From: Octopus vulgaris
Lineage: Eukaryota
Assembly: GCA_951406725.2 (NCBI GenBank)
Contig: OX597826.1
Span: 37,882,001-37,946,000, forward strand
DNA: 64,000 bases
Direction of reading: 5' to 3'
The notes under the pieces were generated by a model. The model saw only the letters and a program-made list of their open reading frames with translations. It was not told the DNA's origin and searched no databases. Position 1 is the stretch's first letter. Each line of letters opens with the position of its first letter. The translations under genes were made by a program, and so were the position numbers. Shown one piece after another: positions 55,837 to 64,000 of this stretch.

Positions 55837-58395
55837 GAGTTACTCCATGTTTTTATTGAGTTCAAATTTCTTATTCTTGTACAAGAATGTTCTTGACAGT
55901 GACTACGAAGTCACTGTCAAGAATATTCTATTCCCATCGCTAGTGTCTTACGTTCATTGGTTGTCACGACTCCTCTGCCCTGTCATGCTTAACATTTAAC
56001 TAAACTTCAACATGTAATTCTCTACAATACATCTCATCTGGTGAAATAAAAGCAGATTACGTTACAAAGACAATGATGAATAACATGAACATGTATGGCT
56101 TTGTGCTTAGGAAAAATATTTCAAATCCTTGTGGTTCCAGGTTATATCCTAATGCATCAACCGTCTTCTATTGCGTCGGGTTATAGCTTGTTAATGGAAT
56201 TTGTTAAAAAGAAACTGCGGAATCTCGTCAGAAACGAACACATACAAACACACACACACACACAATATATATATAGATATGTATGCATGTGTGTGTGCGC
56301 TTGCACCTGTGTATGCATGGATTTAGTGACTAGCCACACCTAGATTCACATAAAGCTCACAAGGCACATCTTAATCCGTCTAATTGAGACATGCGTCCGG
56401 CTGAACTTTCCTTTTGTCTGCATAGTGTTGTATATAAATACAAAGTGTTTATATCTATCTGCACATATGTTGGTTAAATTTTTTTAGATATGTTCTGTAG
56501 TTCAGCAGAGAATTGAATCAAAGCAGTCCTAATGCACCAGTGACTTACAGTTTAGTGATTTACTAAATTTCCTCACACAACTACAACCTAACCACTGACA
56601 CAATTGTAAAGTAATATATAAAAATATTTGACAGTTCTGAAGCAGACAAATTATGGTCACATGGATGAGATAAATGTAAAATTATGAGGAAATAATGATT
56701 TCCTGATGAACTGATACCGAATTTGCTCTTAGTTTATGCAGACATTTCATAGGAGCCGAGCATTAAGACATCGCTTTGAAATTCTGCATCTCACGACTAA
56801 CCTTTCTAACCTCAGAGTTGAATCGTATATTCTGAGTGAGTAAAGAAAAAGAAGCAATATTTAAGAATCATTTTTATATTGACCTGACGATAACCTTTGA
56901 CTCGAAGTTGCTGACACTAATATGTTTCAGATTAAGAGGAATAAAATCCAAATAAAATATTTTCATGACCACTTTTAATGAAATAAGCAGCATCTACGAA
57001 AGTAATCTATTTGGACATTTGCGAACGGACAAAACTATCTGCTTCTCCTTGTGTATGAACAGTGTGTAAGTGATGTTGGACGGTAGATAATTTTGGTTTA
57101 TGACACTAGAATGAATGGTGTTTTCACTATTCAACAAACAAAATCGATATGTTTGATTTGAGCGAACAGACCAATGAACTGCGTACATATTTTGATTCCT
57201 AATTTGCTGAAGAAGCATTGCTGTCATTTAGTTAGAAAATTCTTGCTTGCTGCACAACCTGATAAAGCGAGTGATACATCATACAATCAACTCGATTAAT
57301 TGTATTTCAACCCAGTGAACTGGAAATAATCCTTTTGGTGTATGTAACTGCCAAAAATATTCTGTTTGTATTCTTCCAATATTTTCGTGTTATAAATATC
57401 AAAATTTACATTAGAATAGTTGCTAATTTACTTTCTTTCTCCAAGAATTACCTATTAATCAACATTCTTATAATTTTAACAAATTAACCAAATGATCTCA
57501 GTTTTATCACGAGCTGTCGTTTAAAGTTTTATCTCGACGTCGTTTTGGACTCGGTTCGGACTTCAATCCTACATTTGACTGGGATTTTAGAGAAACAACT
57601 CAGCATCATCACCATGAACAACAACAATATCATTATTGTTTTACCGCCTATATCCCGATGCTGACGTTATTAGGACGGATCAGCGAATATCATTATGGTG
57701 TCACATCACTTATTAATCCTACATCGAGGATAGCCAATATTTTCAGATAAGGTTACCACTGTGACTTCTCCTTTATTCCTTGTTCTCTCTTTTTTCTATC
57801 TCCTCTCTATCTCCCTACTCTCCCCCTCCGTCTCTCCTACAGATATTCTGTCTTGCTAAACCATAGCTACACTGAAAGCCTTTCATACGAATCCGGGGCG
57901 ATTTACAAGAAGATCAGTGAATACGGTTATATATATGAAAGTACAATTCGTTCGAATGTCTAGCAACAGACCAAACTATAAATCAGCAATAGGTACAGAA
58001 TCGACTCAAACTTGTCGTTGATATTTTTTTTATCTGAGGAAAAGAAGAAAGAGAAAATGTCTCGCCCAAAGCCACACCTGTCACCGCTCTCAACGGGCCT
58101 TTTTTTTATATAAAGCAATCCACTTAGAGTACAAATAGAATCAGAAAATCCACGATATTATTTCTTTTTATCACGGGTTTTGTTGGAACTCCTATAGTCT
58201 TGTATGCGTAGCGGGCTTGCTACCTGCAGCCCACGGTACCATGCTATCCGTTCTTTACAACTATCTAATACTTTCCTGATTATTCTGGCCGTGCCAAATG
58301 AGGCAAAACTTTTGTAACAATTCTGCTGGGATCTCTATTTCAATTTCCTTTACATTCCTCTTGATGCCTCTGATATTGCCCCCAAGAACCCAACA

Positions 58396-58471
<76 letters not shown>

Positions 58472-58493
58472 CATCATCATCATTATTACCATT

Positions 58494-58659
58494 AAGGTGG
58501 CGAGCTGGCAGAATTGTTAGCCGAACAAAATGCTTAACGGCATTTCGTCCTTTCGGGTTCAATCAAATGAGTTCCAGTATAGCGCTGGGGTCGATATCAT
58601 TGATTAGCACCAATCCCAAAATTTCAGACCTGGCACCTATAATAGAAATGATTATTATT
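58494..58659 (+). mobile_element. SINE family A, internally deleted, (ATT) tail
   Basis: AAGGTGGCGAGCTGGCAGAATTGTTAG..CTGGGGTCGAT..TTTCAGACCTGGCACCTATAATAGAAATGATTATTATT. Confidence 0.75.
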
Positions 58660-59500
58660 TTGGTTTGGCTCAGGTTCGGTCTTATTCTGGTAGGATTTTT
58701 GTGGATAGCGGGTTACTCCTTAGAACCTTAGGTATCCATAGGTTTTAAGCTGTCTTTCAAGTACTTAGAATCATGTTTGTCCCTCCTAAAGGTTACTATA
58801 TCCGGCCTTCGGTGCTCTAATACTTTGTCTGTCTGTCTGGAAGTCAAAGTCCCAGAAGATTTTTGCCTTCCCCTTTTTGTCCATTACTTTTCCTGTGTAT
58901 GTTGGTACCAAGCACCTGTTACCTCGTATCCATACTTCTAGGATAGTAGCCAATAAAGGTTTTGGGTTACCTTGTCGTATCTGCGCTTGTACTCTTTCTG
59001 CGCAAGACTTTCACAAGCACTAACAATGTGAATCACGCTTTCTACCCTCTTCCCATACACTCTGCAGTTGGTATTCAATGCCTGATCCTGGGCAGCGATG
59101 ATTAGACTTTCAGCATTCTTTATTAGATTACTCTTGCTGAGGCACCTCCATTATGCTTCCTGGTCTTTTAATTTGTTAGTTTCACAGTGGAACTGACCGT
59201 GTAATTCCATGCGGAGTAGGGTTTCTTCTCTCTCGTTGGCTGTTCGCGATCGGAATTCAAGTCCATTTTTGGTAAATCCTTCTGCATTAGCAGCATACTG
59301 TAGCAGGTTTTGTCTGGTGTTTAGCAGATATATTCTGCATATCTTTTCTTTTATTGTTGATGCACTCCCGTACGCTAATCAGACCACGTTAACCGTTACG
59401 CTTCTTCATGTAGAGCCTGTGTACATTCGCCTTAGGGTGGAGGGCACCAGGCAATGCCATTTTCTTTCGGGTAGTGCGATCGAGACGGCTAATCTCCGCA
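58660..59500 (-). mobile_element. R4/Dong-clade (restriction-like endonuclease) LINE 3' part
   Basis: LDRTTRKKM..LHPKANVHRLYM; ESLIIAAQDQALNT; CRVY..ESVIHIVSAC..LAQKEYKRRYDKV; KIFWDFDFQTD..HRRPDIV; ends AATAATAAT; 5' junction in (TAA)n. Confidence 0.88.
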
Positions 59501-59542
59501 TGTGTATTATGATTGTTATTGTTATTATTATTATTATTCTTG

Positions 59543-59634
<92 letters not shown>

Positions 59635-61079
59635 GACAGTAGCACGTCTATATAGGGCCTTTGTAATCACTTGAGCCTCGTTCCTGACAAATAAATCTCT
59701 GTTAATTCTTTTTCGGTTTTCTCTAATTTCCAATGAAGGCGACAGAGTAGAAAGAGAGTTTCTTTTCTCTCTGTCAGCAGACGAGCAAGAAGACATTACA
59801 AGTGAGAGGGGTCAGCTGTCGCAATCAATCAATCAATATTTATTTACTGCGAAAATGAATCAGTCTCCACAATATTATTGTTAAACATCGTTAATGGAAA
59901 ATATCGGATAAGTTGTTAAGATAAAATTATATAAAATATTAATTTCGTATTTAAATAGAAATCAAATTTCAGTTTTAAATGTAAACTCTATTTCTCAGAC
60001 TTAACACAATAAATAATAAACAGAATAGAAAGCAATTAAAGCTCTGATGGAAAATGTTGCGAGATAGTTCAGCAATGAGTTGAAAAGTTTCGTGAATGAT
60101 TGGCTAGACTGATTGATGTCTTTATGAGTAGACATGTTAATAAAACTGATCAAACTATAATAATTAGAAATGGTCGGACTCGAAAAGAGGAGGGTAAAAA
60201 AGAGATGACATTTTATTGATGATGTAGGAAGAGTAAAATAGTTCCTGAAAGGTTTCCTAAGATGTTGTCTGGCAGTGGCAGGATTAGTATGCCTGAGACA
60301 ATAGCGCTAATTTTGATGAAAGAGACAATCACTGGAAGAATGTTAATGTGAACAGCTTTGAATTGAGTGACCTTCTGATCTACATGTAATGGATATTTAG
60401 TACGGCAAAGAAAAGCGAGAAGAATCTCAATCGATGTTAGCAACAGAAAGAAAGATAAGGTAGGTTATTAATACATTGAATGTAGTCTCTAAGTCTATCA
60501 CAAAGTTGGTCACAGTTCTCAATCCAACTATTTATCCTTCATCCACAACCCAAGATGCCTTCAAGCTGACATTAACACTGTTATTATCTTCTAGATTATA
60601 ATGTATGGGTTTGATTTAATGCGGAGAAAGATAGTTTTTTTGTTCCAGCTATAGAATGTAGTCTATAAAGATGTCGTTATTGTGGTGTAAGAAAAAGAAA
60701 TTTGATCCAATTCAAAATCAACAAAAAGTACAACAAATATACAGGCAATAGTTTAGAATAATCTATGGCAGTTGTCCGCTCTTAATTTTCTTCATTTTCG
60801 TTGCGAAAATTACATTTTTGTAAACTTTTTATATCACATTAGTGAACAATAAAGTCGTAAGTTAGAGAATGTTTATGATAGGAAGCCGCACACCGATTCG
60901 ATTTTTCCTGCAGTAACAATGACAAGGGAGAGCTTTTAGCTCAGCGCAGAACAAATACCACAAAGTTCTAAATCTTCGCTTTCTAATACTTGTTTACATC
61001 CTTGGCTAATGCACATCAGTAAAACATATGAATATATACACAGACACATTTGCAGAAAAAGCACACGTACATACAGGCA

Positions 61080-61122
<43 letters not shown>

Positions 61123-61454
61123 ACACCACGCACACATATATATACAGAGAGAGAGAAGGATGTGTCGTTCCTAGAATAGAAGGTACTGCAGCAGAATGCT
61201 AGCTAAGGGCTAAGATCACGACTTTATCTTTCATAACGTGTGGTACAAAAGCGTAAATACCCCGTTACGGCTAATTATGGCGTATCCTGGGGTGTATACT
61301 TTTATTATTACTGAATTCGTATGCCGTTAGGAAGTTTATCTTCGTAAGATCGTCTCATCCAGTTGCATTTAGAAGTGTCGTTTGGCACTATCATCAGTTC
61401 CAAGTCGTTTTACACTAAACTCCTGAGGCTTCTGGTCACAGTCAGATTCCATCA

Positions 61455-61502
61455 TTTTTACACTACCTGATGAGAAATATAGTTCCCGAAACAGATGGAA
61501 GA
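61455..61502 (+). ncRNA. Degenerate hammerhead-like motif
   Basis: TTACACTAC-CTGATGA-GAAATATAGTTCCC-GAAA-CAGATG-GAAG; stems imperfect and no intact UH. Confidence 0.35.
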
Positions 61503-61731
61503 TTAGCAAGATCATGCATATTTCGTTTATATGATGATTCAGAAGTTAGTTCTCAGAGTCTATCCTTCCATTCAACACATTCATGTCGAATTCGCAAATA
61601 ATTCGAAATCTTTATAAGATTTGCCGTGCATTTTTGGTGAAAGTACTTCCGTAACCGTGAAGACAATTACATTGACGTATGGGGAGTATATGCCTCATAA
61701 CCAAGTGCATGAATGTGTGTTTGTATGTGTA

Positions 61732-61770
<39 letters not shown>

Positions 61771-61993
61771 TCACACTCACATATATATACACACACACTC
61801 ACACATATATATATATACACACACACTCACATGTATATATATATATATACATATACATTATACGTATAGGAGGGAGGATCTATCGATCCATCGATGGATC
61901 GATGGATGGGTGAATGGATGGATCGATGGACGGACTGGCAGACAGACAGGCAGACAAACAGACACAGACAGACAAACAGACAGATAGACAGAC

Positions 61994-62091
<98 letters not shown>

Positions 62092-63078
62092 TGATAGGTA
62101 GATACCGTTGATATCTTAAATGCGTCTAGCCAGACAGGATGAAAATTGCAAAGAAATGCAAAGAAACGAAAGACGTCTTGCAAGAATAGGAGATTATAAG
62201 AATAGCAGCAATCTTTAGCGGGAACAATTGAAAGACATTAGCTGCAGAGATACGCTTCAGTGATTTCAGACAAGCAGCTTGTCACCTTGCAACATTTGTG
62301 CAACAGAGACAGAAGCAGATAACGACACAAAGACTTGTAGACTGTTTCTGTTTTTAAGATTCTTCGATGTCGCCTCCACTTCCCGAAAATTCTATTTTCA
62401 ATGAGCTGAAGAAAGTTGTTTCGACAATAAAGAAAAAGAAAAGAAGCAAAATCTTCAGGAATTGGTGGGTGGGGGTGGGGTGGTGAGAGGATAATGAAAG
62501 TCTCTCTCTGTCTTTGAATAGAAACTTCTAGAAACGATTGCTGCAATGATTTCTTCCCAAATTCTTAAAAACTTGACATCTTACGTCTTCTTCTACCGCC
62601 TCTTTTCCACCCCACCCTTCACCGACACCATTCTTTTTATTGAATGATTAAAAACCTTTTTGCGTCTCCATTTTCTCTCCTTTTTATCTTACTCTCTCTC
62701 TCTCTCTCTTTCAGTCTCTCTCTCTCACCCTCTTACCCTCTTTCTTCGCCACTCACCCCTCCTACACTCCCTTCAACCACCACTTATTGGTATTTTTTTA
62801 TTTCCTCTTCATTCTGCACTAAGTGTGTATTTGTGAATGTATGTATGAAAACATACATGTATACACAGAAGTAGTCATACGCAAATACACATATGTATAC
62901 TTACATCTATATACACACTCACGCAGTATTAAGCACATGTGTGTATACATATATACATGCACATGTATATACATATATGAATATATATACACATACACTA
63001 ATATACATATTATATATATATATTAATATATATACATACACACACAAATATGCATATATATTAATATATATATATGCT

Positions 63079-63153
<75 letters not shown>

Positions 63154-63528
63154 ATATATATATATATGTAGATACAAGTATATATTTAAGAACTTGATTA
63201 TTACAACTATTAGTTTCACCATTTCCGGTTTTTCAGGTAGAGATTTTTATATTTTAGTTGATTGGTGGTGTAGTAATGGCGAAAACATTTTTTGCCTGCA
63301 TTGTTCAAAGTGTCTGCTTCGCGTTTCTGTTATGTATCACACGCAATATTTATATTTATTTTTAGAATTCTTCTCAGAATCGAGAAGCTTGTTTCTAACA
63401 AAGAAAGAAAACTTCATCGCTGTAAATTTCAATAACAACAAGGATAAAATATGTATGGTGAACTTTAGTAAAGTCTTGCATATTTTCATTGTTCTGCCTA
63501 TAGACCGCGTCTCAGCCGATCACTTGCG

Positions 63529-63562
<34 letters not shown>

Positions 63563-64000
63563 TGTATGTATCAATCTATCTATCTATCTATCTATCTACT
63601 CCTCTGTTTTTAATTGTCTAAATTCTTCCTCTGAAGAAGGAGCTGGTTTCTAGCAAAGATACAAAGTCCGTCATTAGAATGTAGATAGCAAAAACAATGT
63701 CACATTATAAACTTGAATAAAGTCTTGAATACTTTTACTGTTCCGCTTACAGATTGTATTGGTAATAGGCGAGTTAGATGTTTGATTTCTTTTTCTGAAA
63801 ACACTAACTGATCCAATTTACCACTTTGGACATTTATCACAAAACCAAGTGCACCAATTGTTATTTCTATAAATGTAAATATATTAATCTGGATATAGAA
63901 ACTGGAGGTATACATGTATGTACCTGTGTAAGTATGCATGTATATCTGTATAAATGTTTTTATAACCTTGTCGTATATCTCTGCTGTACTGAGTTCATGT

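Noticed and set aside
61878-61908. Palindrome ATCTATCGATCCATCGATGGATCGATGGAT
   Set aside because: Explained by a strand switch in a GATG/GATC simple repeat

Overview
Very AT-rich, microsatellite-saturated eukaryotic non-coding DNA, either a large intron or intergenic. The SINE families and repeat landscape suggest an octopus/coleoid cephalopod genome (inference). I found no convincing host protein-coding exon, and nearly all ORF-track entries are translations of (TA)n, (TATC)n, (TATG)n, (TAA)n or (GAA)n tracts. The interpretable content is mobile DNA: Penelope-like elements (PLEs, one with an open RT-C-terminus plus GIY-YIG frame), a Tx1/L1-type LINE 3' end, R4/Dong-type, RTE and CR1-group LINE fragments, Tc1/mariner and hAT relics, MITEs, a Helitron-like element and several tRNA-derived SINE families. 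The most interesting signal is about ten type I hammerhead-ribozyme motifs, from at least four sequence families, inside PLE pseudo-LTR-like and non-coding elements. They include a canonical hammerhead with a long stem II (50680-50778) and a family with a U3-A8 compensated core. Also notable: a SINE 3' tail shared with the Tx1 LINE, a tandem/inverted non-coding element carrying a tRNA-like module, and an apparent partitioning of retroelement clades among microsatellite targets. All structures were read by eye; none has been folded computationally or tested.
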